Shown: positions 40,856 through 55,312, numbered from the stretch's first letter. The stretch: DNA of 64,000 nucleotides from Octopus sinensis (GCF_006345805.1 NC_043001.1:68014001-68078000), one strand, 5' to 3'. Notes: generated by a model not told the origin, from the sequence alone. Numbers and translations: made by a program.

Positions 40856-41083
40856 TTCCTATGCATTTTCAGACGGCTCCACTAAATCAAATCAAATTTT
40901 ACAAGGTTAATGGTATTGTACCCCGCGAGTGTCAACATGTAATTTTTATTTTCAATTGGATTGAAACAATACATTTTCTCGAAAATAATCTTTCTATAGT
41001 CAACTATAGTAATGGACATTTTAGACGACATCACATTTTGTATTTGAGTGCGTATTTATCTGTGAGTGAGTGTGTGTGTGTAT

Positions 41084-41128
<45 letters not shown>

Positions 41129-41883
41129 GTGTGTGTGTGTGTGAGTTTGCGCGTTCGTTGCGTACGTGATAGTAAAGGACATTTTATACGATGACGACAC
41201 ATCTCTATCATTCTCTCTTCAATCTGTCAACCATTCCGTCCAGAGTGTACCGTTGTAACGATGTCTGGTGCCAAAAAATTATTACACCTACTTTCATTGT
41301 TTACAATCTTCTGTACCTATGTATTTGTGTACAACAACACATAAACAAAATGTTAGAAAGGTTGATGGGTCAAGCAAAAACGCTGTACCGGCGTATTAGT
41401 GTATCAGTAAATAACCATGTTGTAATGATTTGTGGTACCAAAAAAATTATTACTAAAATTATTATTATATTAGAAAGAGGAGAGGGCTCAATAAATTATT
41501 TCACAGTGAAATATAGGCGGGTCCTTTCTCGTAAATAGCTGTTATGTGGTAGCAGGGCGTGCTAGAAATAGTAGTCAAATCTTTTTTTCTGGGAAAAGGA
41601 GCAATTTACGCGTGTTTTCGATGTCACATTTGTTGAAAGTATGCGAAATAACATGGCAAAGAAAAACAAAAATCCCCGAAACAAAATTTCGTTGGTGGGA
41701 AATTCCGAGGTCCTCCTCCTACATTTCCTTTTTCGGGGAAAAAAAATGGCAAGCGGCTGGTTTGGAGGTTAGATATGGCGAATGCATTTGAAAAAAAACT
41801 CGTGGAAAAAGTTATTTCAGACTGAGGTACGAACAGGACCTTTACGAAATATTTACCCCCTAGTGAAACTGGGTGCTTCTATT

Positions 41884-41885
<2 letters not shown>
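40801..41885 (+). mobile_element. Non-autonomous Helitron-like element
   Basis: 5' TCTATATATATATAA followed by (GTCT)n and ACGGCT. 3' hairpin CCTAGT-GAA-ACTGGG a few nt before a degenerate CTAG end, in an AT context. Confidence 0.55.
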
Positions 41886-41949
<64 letters not shown>

Positions 41950-41951
41950 TA

Positions 41952-43368
41952 CAGGTGTTGGACAAAATAATGGAAACACCTAGTATCATAGCATCATAAT
42001 TCTGAAATAACTATAAAACCGTCAGAAGCTTGTTTATTTTTTGATTTATTATTAGTATTGCTTAATATGGTTTCCTAAAATTGCTGTTTTGTTTCAAATA
42101 GCATCACAAAAAGGTAATTAAAATTCATTAAAATGACAGATCTATCGGACTTTCAAAGTGGTCAAATTGTTGATGCTCGTATGGCAGGCTCTAGCGTAAC
42201 GAAAACAGCCGAAATGTTTGGTATATCAAGAAGTACTATCTCGAAAGTAATGACAGCCTTTGAGAAAGGGGGAAGAACCTTGTCGAAATAAAACTCTGGA
42301 AGGGAACCAAAACTTTCAGATAGGAACTGTCGGACTCTTACGCGAATTGTTAGAAAAGATCTGAAAAGTACAGCTCCCTAAATTACTGCAGAGTTTAATG
42401 ACCACATCGAGAACGCAGTTTCCACAAAAACTGTTCGCCGGGAGCTGCATAAAGCTGTATCTCATTGGAGGGCTGTAATAAGAAAACCACCACTTTCAAA
42501 AACAAACGTTGCAAAGCGTTTACAGTGGAGTAAAAACGTACAGATTTAGAGAAGTGGAAGAATGTCATTTTCTCGGATGAGTCATCTATTACCTTATTTT
42601 CGACCACTGGCCGAGTACAGCCAAAAGGAGCTGGTCCAACTTATGCAAATCTGGTGATGACCTACCTAGAATTACAAATCTGTGAACAATCCAAATCAAA
42701 ATACGGCCTGTCTTTCCACAAATACCTGATGGATGATTGGAAATGCTACTTGGATGCCTGCCTCATCCTATGGTCTCACACATTCGACCAGCTGAATGAA
42801 TTCAAAAATTTAATCAACAGACTGCCTTCTTCAAACTGTTAATCATGGAGGAGGATCTGTGATGATTTTTTTGGGGGGGGGGGCAAAATTTGGGAATCCA
42901 CCGGCTCAATGGTTTCCCTTCATGGCAGAATTAATAGTCAAGACTATTTAAGCATTTTATTTGATCAAATTCATCCTATGTTTGCGGAACTGTTTCTGGA
43001 GGGAAACGAAATCTTTCAGGATGATAATGCACCAATTCACATAGCTAAAGTTGTTATTGACCGGCACGCGGAACACTCTAGTGATGTTAAATATCTTATC
43101 TGACCACCACAGTCCCTAGATCTGAATATTATTGAATATTTATGGTGCATTTTAGAAAAACAAGTAAGTAGTCGGTGTAATCTACCATCATCACTACAAG
43201 AACTGGAGACTGTTTTAGCTGAAGTGTGGACAAAAATTCCTTTGGAAACATTTCAAACTTTGTACGAGTCCATACCTCGTAGAATTCAAGCTGTAGCTAC
43301 TGTCAAAGGCGGTCCTACCCCATTATTAAAATTAATTTTTTTCCATTATTTTGTACAACAAACCTTGA
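41952..43368 (+). mobile_element. Tc1/mariner transposon (decayed transposase) inserted in (TA)n
   Basis: Left TIR CAGGTGTTGGACAAAATAATGGAAA; right TTCCATTATTTTGTACAAC. Motifs WKNVIFSDES, HGGGSVM, FQDDNAPIH, PPQSLDLNIIEYLW, LYESIPRRIQAV..VKGGPT. Confidence 0.92.
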
Positions 43369-43419
<51 letters not shown>

Positions 43420-43819
43420 AGATAGGGGTTGAAAATTCAACCCACCATGGGATAACATGGCTTATAGGTTAAATGAGGTATGACTGCCCTTGCTGCCGAA
43501 ACAGCTGTCAGATAGGATTTAATTACATATTATATTTGAAATTTTATACTTATATCTCTTTGTCTATTTACATTTACTGTATATTTTGTATAATGCCTTT
43601 ACTGATATGTAATGGTGTAATAAAGTATTGATTGGGTATCATCTGATAGTTGATGTTTTATTGATTTAAGTATGTTTCTCCATTTTCTAATTTTGTAGTT
43701 ATATATATATATATATTATATATATATATATATATATATTAAATTAGAGATAAAACCACTATTAGGCAAATCATACAATGAAAAACTTAAGCCATATATA
43801 TATATATATATATATATAT

Positions 43820-45060
43820 CATCGAGGGCCTTAAGTTTATCTTCGAAAACAACTTTTTAAATTTTAATAAGAAAACCTACAGACATGTATCAGGGACTGC
43901 AATAGATACTAAAGCTGGTCCAACTTATGCAAATCTGGTGATAACCTACCTAGAATTACAAATCTGTGAACAATCCAAATCAAAATACGGCCTGTCTTTC
44001 CACAAATACCTGATGGATGATTGGAAACGCTACTTGGATGCCTACCTCATCTTATGGTCTCACACATTCGACCAGCTGAATGAATTCAAAAATTTAATCA
44101 ACAGTGTCAACAACCATAAACAATTTACAATGGAATATAGTCAAGACCAACTTTCCTTTCAAGACATTCATATTATAAAAAGGCACCAACATTGAAACTG
44201 ATATCCACTACAAACCAACTGATTCCAAACAATACCTCTTGTACACTTCCAATCACCCAAAACATCTAAAGACAAACATCCCCTTCAATCTAGCAAGAAG
44301 AATCTGTACAATCGTCTCAAATTATAGAACACGAAATAAAAGACTCCAAGAACTAAAGGCAATTCTTCTCGAAGGACAGTACCCAGCTTCATTAGTTGAC
44401 AATGTAATAGAACGAGCCAAGATAATCGATATCCAAGACTTACGAAAACCGAAACATACACAAGGAACATTAAATAGTCTTCCATATATCTCAACACACA
44501 ATCCAAGAAATACAGAAGCTTACGCGATTACATACAAGAACATCCCACTACTGAGTCAAGACCCACGTCTAAAAAAGCACCCGAAATCCATAAAATAATA
44601 AAAAAGCAAGAGGCAACCCAAATCCCTAAAAAACTTACCAATGCAAAATTACCAAACACCCACCGTCAAAAAATATGTAGCCGGTCTAACTGCAGGACTT
44701 GCATCCGCCTCATTGAAGGAACAATATACAAATTCCAGTCAGGACACACTTTTGTTGTAAAAAATAACTTTACATGCGCATCAAAAACTTTATTTTATGC
44801 CATTAGGTATGAAGGGTACCGCAAAGACTACATAGGGCAGACTAGTCTTCCCTCAGAGATAGGATGACAGTCCACTGCCAACAATTGAGGGACCCCCACC
44901 ACAAGACAGATACCACTTAGATCTCTGTGCACAAAACAAGTCCTCCAAATTCCTAGTTTTCCCACTGTACCAATGCCCAGACAGCACCACTGAGCAAACA
45001 CGAATAAATAAGTAAAATATACTTATTCAAAAATACAGACCACAACTCAGCATACTCTAA
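43820..45060 (+). pseudogene. Penelope-like element (Neptune-like) RT plus GIY-YIG endonuclease, 5'-truncated and frameshifted
   Basis: FENNFLNFNKKTYRHVSGTAIDTKAGPTYANL, WKRYLDAYLILW, LSFQDI, YKPTDSKQYL.YTSNHPKHLKTNIPFNLARRICTIVS; FTCASKTLFYAI...YIGQTS. Confidence 0.9.
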
Positions 45061-45507
45061 CATAACCCCCACAACAACACTCACAGAAATACAGATGTAC
45101 AAACACACGCACAAATACAATGCAAACCTTCCACACAAACACTCACATGCATACACACACACACAAACGCAATATTGTCACGATCGAGCACAAACTTACA
45201 CCCATTCCAAGAAAACACACTTACATATATACACCTGCAATACTATTCTAGTAATCACAACCAACACCCACATACACACACACATACAAACATACGTAAA
45301 CACGTATATGGGTACACCTACACACACCGCCCTGACAATTACAAGGCACACTCATACAAACACACCCACACATACACAGATACAAACACAAACACGCAAA
45401 TACAATACAACCCACCCACACACACACGCATATATACACACATAGTACACACACACAAACACAACATGCCCGTTCCCAGTATAAAATCACACTCACGCTC
45501 AAAGAAA

Positions 45508-45540
<33 letters not shown>

Positions 45541-46322
45541 CACTATACAATCCCAACAATTACAACAAACACTCACAGACACACACACACATACATACAA
45601 ATACAAGCACGCACACATATAATAAAACACACCACCCTGACAAATACAAGACACACAGACAGACATTTACAAACGAATCCACACATGCAAACGAACCCAC
45701 ACTATACACACACACTGTACAAACAATACAAATAAAACACAATAATATACCCAAATATATGCACCACATAGAAAAATAAAATGCACTTACACGCGCATTC
45801 GCACGTATACACGCACTTCGCCACAACAAATATAGCACACACGCACACCCGAAAACTACATAAACCACACACACAAATGCATACTCAGTACAAAGACACA
45901 CAGTACATACACGCACACACATACACACCACCCGGATAAACGTAACACACACGGACACACACAGAACCCCTGACAAATACAACACACTTACACACACATA
46001 CACACCCACACACATATGCACCCTCACACACACACATACGGATGCACACACACACACACACACACACACCACCGGACAATTATAATACTACAAACATACA
46101 CAGACAGAAACACACCAACAAACCTCACACACGATTTCTAAAAGTAGGAAACATCCATTAACGCACATTACAAGACTGGAGATGAAGGAAGAAAAGGTTG
46201 GTCATTCCCCCAAAATTCTGTATAAATACTTAAATATGATTCTTTCTGTATATATGCTTCTATACAATCATGATTTTTGATGAACTTAAAACAATTATAA
46301 ATTCAATTTACTACCTATTTTG

Positions 46323-46507
46323 AACATGTTCATGTTATTTAAAAGTTTGATTCGGTTCCGTGCTTCCTCAAGTTTCACAGGTTCTTAACGGGAACTAGAC
46401 TACTTTAGGCTTCTGGAATGCCGAATGAAGGAGTCGAGCTCCCGTTAGAAGCCTCAGAAACTTGAAGTAACACGGAACCGAACCAAACTGTTTTAAGTAA
46501 TATATGT
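46323..46507. other. ~185-nt imperfect hairpin in the putative PLE 3' pseudo-LTR
   Basis: TTTGATTCGGTTCCGTG...CAAGTTTC...TAACGGGA pairs with TCCCGTTA...GAAACTTG...CACGGAACCGAACCAAA. Confidence 0.75.
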
Positions 46508-46552
46508 AACTCTTACGAAATGTGTTGAGTACTCTTTTCTTTCGTTTGTCCA

Positions 46553-46620
<68 letters not shown>

Positions 46621-46624
<4 letters not shown>

Positions 46625-46736
46625 ACCGTGACCGACCAGACTATCAGATGTTGCTAAACATCGCTGGTCACAATGCGCTTCGCATTGTTTTAGCCTTTAA
46701 ATGACGCCACCCCGCTGGCTAAGCGAGCAGGCCAAT
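46621..46736 (-). mobile_element. Short LINE 3'-end fragment in (TA)n (related to 2890-3085)
   Basis: CAGACTATCAGATGTT...CTGGTCACAATGC is shared with 2907-2950. Confidence 0.55.
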
Positions 46737-47602
46737 ATATATGTATGTATGCATGTATATATATACACACATACATACATACATACATACATACATACAT
46801 ACATACATACATGCATGTATGTATAAGTGTGTGCGCGTGCGCGTTCGCGTGTGGTGGAAGTCAGCTGATGACCGGTTTAAAGTCAGGACATATGTGTATA
46901 TCTCTTCTCCACTGACGACTTGTGTGACTTATGACCATCTACACTTACGACCACAATGAATAAATAAATAATCGATGTTCGGACGTTAGGCAGCTACGCG
47001 CACGATAACTATGGCAGCTTCTGGCAACGCCTCGGACCCATGTATCCATTGCCTACCACTGTCTCTCACTCAGTCGCTTTCAAGCATCAGATGCATGAAT
47101 GAAAATAGTGCTGAAAAATACAAATCCGACATACGACCTGTCAGTCGGAACGAAACTCGGTCGTAAATCGAGAAGGTGCATATGTATGTATGTAGTTTTG
47201 TATACCACGTAGATATACTCATCAAACCTATTTATGCTTATCTACACCGGAGGCATCCAGCATAGATGGAGGTCGAGGTGGAATTTAAGTTCTCATTTAT
47301 CCGAGTCCTATTCCAGCATGATTCACTGTTCTTCACCACGCACGTGAGCACGCGCACACACAGACTGTGTATGTATGTATATCAGAGAATATGGAACCGG
47401 AAAAATTACCACAAGTCATTTGGTTTTGTGGGCGATAGTAGTTGTGGTGCTGGTGGTAGAAACTGAATTCCAAAGCATTTCGGATACATGATGGTTGTGG
47501 TGGTCGCGGCGGCGATTGTGATGATGGCAACAAACAAAGGTACCAGTACCACCACTATCACACCTACAATATATATATATATATACATAATGTAATGCAA
47601 TG

Positions 47603-47636
<34 letters not shown>

Positions 47637-47692
47637 TGTATGTATGTATGTATGTATGTATATAGGTATATACACATACACACACGCACATA

Positions 47693-47851
47693 AGCGCAGG
47701 AGTGGCTGTGTGGTAAGAAGCCTGCTTCTCAACCACATGGTTCCGGCTTCAGTCCCACTGCATGGCATCTTGAGCAAGTGTCTTCTACTATAGTCTCGGG
47801 CTGACCAAAGCCTTGTGAATGGATTTGGTAGACAGAAACTCAAAGCCCATC

Positions 47852-47908
<57 letters not shown>

Positions 47909-48130
47909 CATGTGTGTGAGTTTGAGTGTCTGTGTTTGTCCGCCACCCCAACATCACTTGACAACCGATGCTGGTGTGTTTACGTCCCTATAACTTAGCG
48001 GTTCGGCAAAAAGACCGATAGAATAAGTACTAGGCTTACAAAGAATAGGTTCTGGAGGCGATTTGCTCGGCTAAAGGCGTTGCTCCAGCATGGCCACAGT
48101 CAAATGGCTGAAACAAATAAAAATAAAAGA
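47693..48130 (+). mobile_element. Full-length tRNA-derived SINE with internal (TG)n
   Basis: Head GCGCAGGAGTGGCTGTGTGGTAAGAAG...GCTTCAGTCCCAC. Other copies at 21752, 50010, 16030, 27640 and 12500. Confidence 0.88.
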
Positions 48131-48176
48131 ATATATATGTGTGTGTGTGTGTGTGTGTGTATGTATATATGTGTAT

Positions 48177-48218
<42 letters not shown>

Positions 48219-48403
48219 TGTAAAAATATTATAATATATTATAAAATATTATAATAATCCAGGTTCTCGGAGCACTAGGCCACTTGGTGTTGAATAGATA
48301 TACTATTAAATTAGTATCTAATTCTCTCACCCTTATTAATTAATTATATATATATATGTATATATATGTGTATATATGTATATATATATATGTGTGTGTG
48401 AGC

Positions 48404-48440
<37 letters not shown>

Positions 48441-49189
48441 CATACACACACATACACATACACACACGCATATATGCAATCTTGAATCGAATCCAGATCG
48501 TAGAATTCCTTAACTTTGGACAGTAACACCTGGCAGTCATATTATTAACATAAATCTGTTAGTGACAATATACTTTATTAATAGAGCAAGCGTCATTGTT
48601 ATTTATTATTATACACTTCACAAGCTGGCCACTGCACGGCGCCACCTACCAAGCACTTCTCTAAATATCTACCTCTACCTTTCATCATCATCATCTTCTC
48701 TTCTTCTTCTTCTTCTTCTTCTTCTCCTTCTCCTCCTCCTCCTCCTCCTCCTCCCTCTCCACATCCCCCCTCCACCTCCTACACATACCTTTATATCTTT
48801 ATATCCTCCCTTTACCTTTCCCTTCTTCATCTTCTTCTTCTTCTTCTTTCTTCTTCTCTTCTTCTTCTTTTTCTTCTTCTTCTTCTCCCCTCCTTCACAT
48901 ACCCTCCCCTCCCCCTCCTTCGCCACATATCTTTCCTATAGCTTCTTCTTCTTCTTCTTCTTCTTCTTCTTCTTCTTCTTCTTCTTCTTCTTCACCATCG
49001 CCAGCATCATAAATCTCTCCTACTTCACCTTCACCCGCTCCTTATCCATTATTCCTCCCACTCCCTCTACATTTCTATTTTTGCCAATAAAAGACAATTA
49101 AAAACAAAAAGAAAAAAGAAAAAAGAGAAAAAAATAAAAATCAGCAAGTCGATAAAGACTGGATAGAAGTGCGCGGTACGGTAGAGCTG

Positions 49190-49235
49190 CGTAGGAAGAT
49201 GACGTCATTATGACGTGACGATGATGTCATCCTGC
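49190..49235. promoter_or_regulatory. Cluster of CRE/ATF sites (TGACGTCA, TGACGTGA, TGATGTCA)
   Basis: Sites at 49200, 49211 and 49222 (11-bp period) in CpG-retaining unique sequence. Confidence 0.45.
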
Positions 49236-50009
49236 CTTCGGTGAATTTCCGAACATAAACGGTCCGAGTTGGGAAAATAGGGTGTTGTATCCGAACAGTT
49301 TGGAGGTCACTGACAAGAAATCGTGATGGTGGTGGTGGTGGTGCCGGTAGTATTGGTGAGAGGGAGTGATTATAGCGGCGAGAGTGGTAGTGGTGTTGGT
49401 GGAGTTAATAGTAGTGGAGCGTCCAATAATGGTGTGTTGGTGCTAGTGGTAGTTGTAGTGGTGGTAGTGTTAACGCTGCTAGACGTGGTGGTGATGTTTG
49501 CATTGACAGTAGTAGTAGTGGTGTTGGTAGTGGTGATGGTGGTAAGGTGTGAGAAGGTGGTACTGTTAGTGGTAATGGTGGTGGCGTTGGTACATTTGGT
49601 GATAGTGGTAGTGACTCGTGGATGTGTTGGTGATAGTGGTATTGGGGTGGTGGTTGTCGTGGTGATAGTGTTATTAGCGATAGTTGTGGTAGGAACAGTG
49701 CTAGCGGAGATGGTGGTATCGATGGTTGTGGTGGTGGTTGTAGTGGTAGTGGTGGTGTTGGCAGTAGTGATGCTGATTATTGTGGGTGCAATTGTTGTAG
49801 TAGTGATGATTCTGATGGTGGTGCGGTGATCGTGGTGGCTGAAGTGGTGGTGTTGGTTGTAGGGAATGTGATGGCAGTGGTGTTTGTAGCGGTATAGCAG
49901 TTGTGGTGACGGTTATGGAGGCAGTGTTAGTAGCGGAGGTTGTATGATGGTCGTGCAAGTGATTGTAGTGACGGAGATAGTGTGATCTCGGTGGTAGTAG
50001 TGTTTGTGA

Positions 50010-50446
50010 ACTTTTATCTACTACTTGTTGGATTGTGGCTATGCTGGGGAACCGCCTTGAAGAATTTTTGGTCGAATGAATCGACCCCGGTGCTTTCTTT
50101 CTGAAGCATGGTACTTATTCTATCGATCTCTTTGCCGAACGGCCATGTTACGGGGATGTAAACGCGTCAACACCGGTTGTCATGTGGTGGTGGTGGTGGT
50201 GGTGGAACAAACACAGACGCAAAGACACACATACGCACGCACGCATGCATTCACACACGCACGCATACAGACACACACACAGACACACACACGACAGATT
50301 TCTTTCAGTTTCCATCTCCCAAATTCATTCACAAGGATTTGGTCGGCCCGAGGCTATAGTAGAAGACACTTGCTCAACGTGCCACATAATGGGAATGAAC
50401 CTGGAACCATGTAGTTGGGAAGCAAGCATACCACACAGCTCCGCCT
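50010..50446 (-). mobile_element. tRNA-derived SINE (47693 family)
   Basis: Reverse complement aligns with 47693-48130. Confidence 0.85.
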
Positions 50447-52809
50447 ACGTCTATGGTGATCATTTCTTATAATAATATTGGCAATGGCAGCGGAGGTGGT
50501 AGTAAAGACGATTAAGTTGTGTGGGCGATAGTAGTTGTGGTGGTGCTAGTGGTAGAAACATTTCGGACACATGGTGGTTGTGGTGGTCGCGACGGCGATT
50601 GTGATGATGGCAACGAACAAAGGTACCAGTACCACCACTATCACACCTACCAACACTATCTCACCTACCACCACCACCACCACCACCACCACCACCACCA
50701 CCACTACCATCGCTACCACAACCTTAATCTCCACAACCACAAGCACCACTATTACCACAGCCTCCACAACCGCAATCACCATAACTAGTATCACTACCAT
50801 CGTGACCATCGTGACCATACCTATGAGAACCTCAACCACTAACACACAACCATCATCATCACGACCACCATGACCATCATGACGACCACCAGCACCACCA
50901 CCAGCATCATCACCGGTACTAGTACCATCACCAACACCACCACCATCAGCAACAATAGGCAACGCAAGAATCAGATATCAATTTTAAGAATAGATATAGA
51001 TGAGTAGAGGAAGAAAGATAGAAATATGACACGATTAGGGTGGAGAGTGGGGAGAGTAAAGCAAATAGATGGAAGAGACAAAAGAATCATATTTAGTTAT
51101 ATTTAAAACAAAAGAATGTAAGGCAGGTATACTCACACACACACGCACACACACACATACACAAACAAACACATACACAGGTTTGGAGTCCTAATTAGGA
51201 ACCAAAAGCCACTCTCAAATTTCATTTGCAAAGCTTGTACAGAGAGAAAAATACGGCTAAGTGTAAGGAATTCTCACAAAGGAAAGAGTAAGCCTTCTCA
51301 AGATTGCCAGTCAACACCATAAAACGTTTCTTACGTACTAACCAATTCCAAGTTCAAGCTCAAAGTAAAGATAGCAAGTTGTGGAACTCTCATTCATTGT
51401 TTGCTACGGGAGAGTCCACCATAAGTATGCTTCAGAACGAAGTATTGTACATACATACATGCATACATACATACATACATACATACATACATACATACAT
51501 ACATACATACATACATACATACATACATACATACATACATACATACATACGAGATATTAGGCTTCTCAAAACTAGAAAGGAGAAAGCTGATTCGAAGACT
51601 ACAGAGCCAATCCATCTCTGGGACTGTAGAAATCTATAAAACTTTCCAGAACTCTATCGTTTAAGTATATATGAGCATGTCTAGACATGCAAATATATGC
51701 ATGAGAATACATACATCAAACAAAACATACAAGTCTGCACATATACATACATGCATACTTACATACGTACATGCATACATACAGACATATACACATACAT
51801 ACATACATACATACATACATACATACATACATACATACATACATACATACATACATACATACATACATACATACATACATACATACATACCCCGTTGAAG
51901 CTAAAATTCCTACACGCGCGTGTTGGTGTGTGTAAAAGTCACAAGTAACACAAATGCGGGTTAAATTATCCAGGAAAGCTTGAATAAGGAAGATTGACCA
52001 AAACACGTGCGAGAAACGATTATTCTCCGGGTAAAGAATACAATATCGCTCTCGTTTAAGAATCGTAGAGGAATAATTTCATTTCGTTCATGATGAACAA
52101 AATTGTTTGTCCGGTCAATGGGAGATGTTTGAATCTATCTTTGTGAGTGAGTAGATTTCTATTTTTGAGATATGTTTTTTATAAGGTGTATGATAGCTTA
52201 TTTGTATCTACAAATATAAGTATTCTCACTCGATAATACAGTTGAATATTTGATATGCTTGTGCTGATAGACCGCTATTCTGTTTACCACTTCACGCGAT
52301 TTGTACTGTAATTCCCGATGATATACATACATGACTACATCCCACAGTATTCCTGTCATAACATACCGGGCGCAGAGATTTATGTCAGAAGAACAGGCTG
52401 ATAGATATGAAAATGGGCTCCATCCAACGTAACTCTAGCATAAATTCAGCTCTCAACATCTCCGCTGTCTTAGATAAAAATATAAGAGAAAGACACCTAC
52501 ATAACATATGAGTATAAGCAACACTCACACACACATACACACACCCACAAGCATACACACACCCACAAGCATACACAAACATGGAAATTGTGACTGTCAC
52601 CATGGTAACCAAGTATCCGTAGTCAAATTCATACTTAGACAAAATTCTAAATTTTCATCTGCTAAAGAAACTTCAAATAAGTAAATGAAAGAAACAGACA
52701 ATAGTTAGTGGATATAAAAAAAAAATTAGGAAACTCAGTTAAAGAACAATACAAAATAGAACAAATTCTTATACACACAGACACACATATACATACACCC
52801 ACAGATGCA

Positions 52810-53600
52810 AGAAACGCTTAAACATTTTAACATATGAACCAAATGCACCTTGGTTTCAGAATATGTAAATACGTCATTAAAATTTTATGCAACAAAACGC
52901 AGCATGTACTTGACCTAAACACAAAACCATCGTAGAATATAGTGCAAAAACACCAGAATGGAAATTTTCCTCATTAAGTTGGAACCAGAATTTAAACCAC
53001 AAAACATACTTTAAGTACTAACGTGATTTAGAAATTTCAGTGTGAACATCAAAGTCGTAAACTTTACGACGCACGCTATTACATAGAACATATGGGTACG
53101 CCACTTTCTTGTCGGTTGACCATACGTTTACAAGGAACCATTGCAACTCATAATCACAGCGCACGAATGCGAAATAGAATTAATAGAAAAACATTAGTTG
53201 ACAGCACTACTATACGATATAGAATTTTCACCCTACAACTTATCCCCACCAAATACGAGATTAAATACGGAAATTGTTTCTATGAGGAAGCTATACTTAT
53301 AGCAAAATACAAAACAAACAGGATGCAGTGCAATTTTAGTAAATAGACCATAAAATCTACTGGGAATTAACTGTTGCGTAGTTTTTAAATTACCGCTGAC
53401 GACTTACTGCAAAACACCCAAACAACGCCAAATATTACAAATATTTTATTCGCGTGATGAAACCCAGAAGTTTCTGAACGGTTAATGGACATAAAACGTT
53501 ATGGTTTCAAAAGAAAAGTGGACGAATATTAAGGGAATATCAAAATATTATTAATGAAAAGGTGAGGCATAAACATATCCGTCTCTTGAATATAGCATGA
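52810..53600 (+). mobile_element. Old PLE 3' remnant (possible GIY-YIG C-terminus plus decayed hammerhead)
   Basis: ORF 53092-53346 ends ...FYEEAILIAKYK, followed by ccg-CTGACGA...GAAA...cgg at 53392-53481. Confidence 0.4.
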
Positions 53601-53653
53601 CAGGAAGAAAAAACTATCTGTCTGTCTCTTCGCCTGCCAGTCTGTCTGTCTGC

Positions 53654-53740
<87 letters not shown>

Positions 53741-55312
53741 AGTGGAGAAGAACTGGAACGAGATAACGAGTAGGGTGGTCACTCTCGCCCGGCAATGGGC
53801 CGAGAGGAATCTGTCCCTAAAAGGTCGGGCGGAGGTGGCGAACACGTACATCGCGTCCGTCATCTACTACCGCCTGACCGTCGTGCCTTGTCCCGACCCT
53901 ACCATCACCAAACTAGAACGCATTCTCTTTCGCTTCTTGTGGAAAGGATGCGTCCCGATGGTCAGGCAATCCATTTGCTGTCAACACCCGTTAAAAGGAG
54001 GACTGGGCATGCCGTGGTTGATGATGCGCAGACACGCGCTGAGACTGCGACATCTCAGGTTCTTCGTAGACGACGGTGAACAGGTGTGGTCGCCGTTTGT
54101 GAGGCACGCTTTCCCGTAGCTCGTCTCCATGACCGAACTGCAGTCGTGGATCAAAAAGAGGCCGAGGAAGGGCGAATGGCACCGCGAGTGTCGCGTTGCT
54201 CTCAAGCAACTCTGCCGTCCTGGGTCGACCTTGAGTGACTTCATCACAACCAAAGCATTCTATAGGGGATTAGTGGAGGGGAGGTACGACGACGAGCTCG
54301 GAGCGAACCTGGACGTCGACGAGGAGTACCTGACCCGCCTGTTCGGGACGACTTTCGGGCCAGGGCCCATGGACAACTTCCAGAGATCCCTGGCCTGGCA
54401 GTGCTACCGAGAAGCGCTACCCGTTCGGGATAAGCTCTACAGACACAGCTCGAGAAACACGGGGCGGACCTGCCCGAGATGCGGTCAGAGCGACGAAACC
54501 GTTCTGCACGCACTCGTGCAGTGTCCAACAATTTCCGACCTGTCACGTGTGGGACGAGTCGGTTCATCATCTGAGTCTATCGTCAATATTGTCACGCCTC
54601 CTTCCTTCAAACGGGAAGGAAGAGCTATTTTCATCATCCTTGTGGCTATGGCAAAAGAAGGTATCTGGTGGACGCGTCTGAAAGGATTGGAGACAAACAC
54701 TTTCCTCTCTGGTCAATCTCTCATCAACTTCTTCAAAAGGAAAGTGAGAGTAGAGAGGCAAGTTTTGTCTAGCGAATGTTTTAAAAAAAGATGGGTGAAT
54801 GTAGCAAGGATGGCACGTATGAATGACGAAGCCACCTTGAGCATAATCCTATGAACCCAGAAATTGAAAACAGAGGGTTACCCACTTGCAAAAAAATGTG
54901 GTAACATATAACAATATTGACCAAGGTTACCGTGGTCTTTCTCGTAGGCTTTTCTTCCCACGGATAAACCTTACTTGCTTTCCCCTTTACACCATATATC
55001 ATAACACTGTGATACACGATCCCTATTGATCGTTTTTTTTCCTCTTCCCTTTTTTTCCCCTTTTTTCTTCTTTTTTCATTTCTCTTTTCTTTTGTTCCTT
55101 TTCCTTTTCTTCTTTTTTATTTTCTATTTTTATTTTTTATTTTTTATTTTTTTTTGTTCTTTTCTTCCCTTTTACGATCCCTCTTGATCGAAAACCTACG
55201 CCACCCCCTTTTTTTGTTTCTTTTGTTTTTTGTTTTTTCATCCCCCAAAAGAAAAGCTCTACCTTGTAACTTGTCCCATCTGTGTGCAGCCCTGTGTGGC
55301 CAATAAAGAAAC
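53741..55312 (+). mobile_element. 5'-truncated Tx1-type LINE (ORF2 C-terminus with zf-RVT, U-rich 3' UTR) inserted in (TATC)n
   Basis: WAERNLSLKGRAEVAN, FRFLWKG, GGLGMP, REALPVRDKL, CPRCGQSDETVLHALVQC. One stop at 54117. AATAAA at 55302. (TATC)n on both flanks. Confidence 0.92.

Noticed and set aside
49323-50962. Val-rich membrane-like, His-rich and Thr-rich mucin-like ORFs (also 12681-13132)
   Set aside because: Degenerate (GGT)n/(ACC)n low complexity that is open in several frames on both strands, with no supported splice structure.
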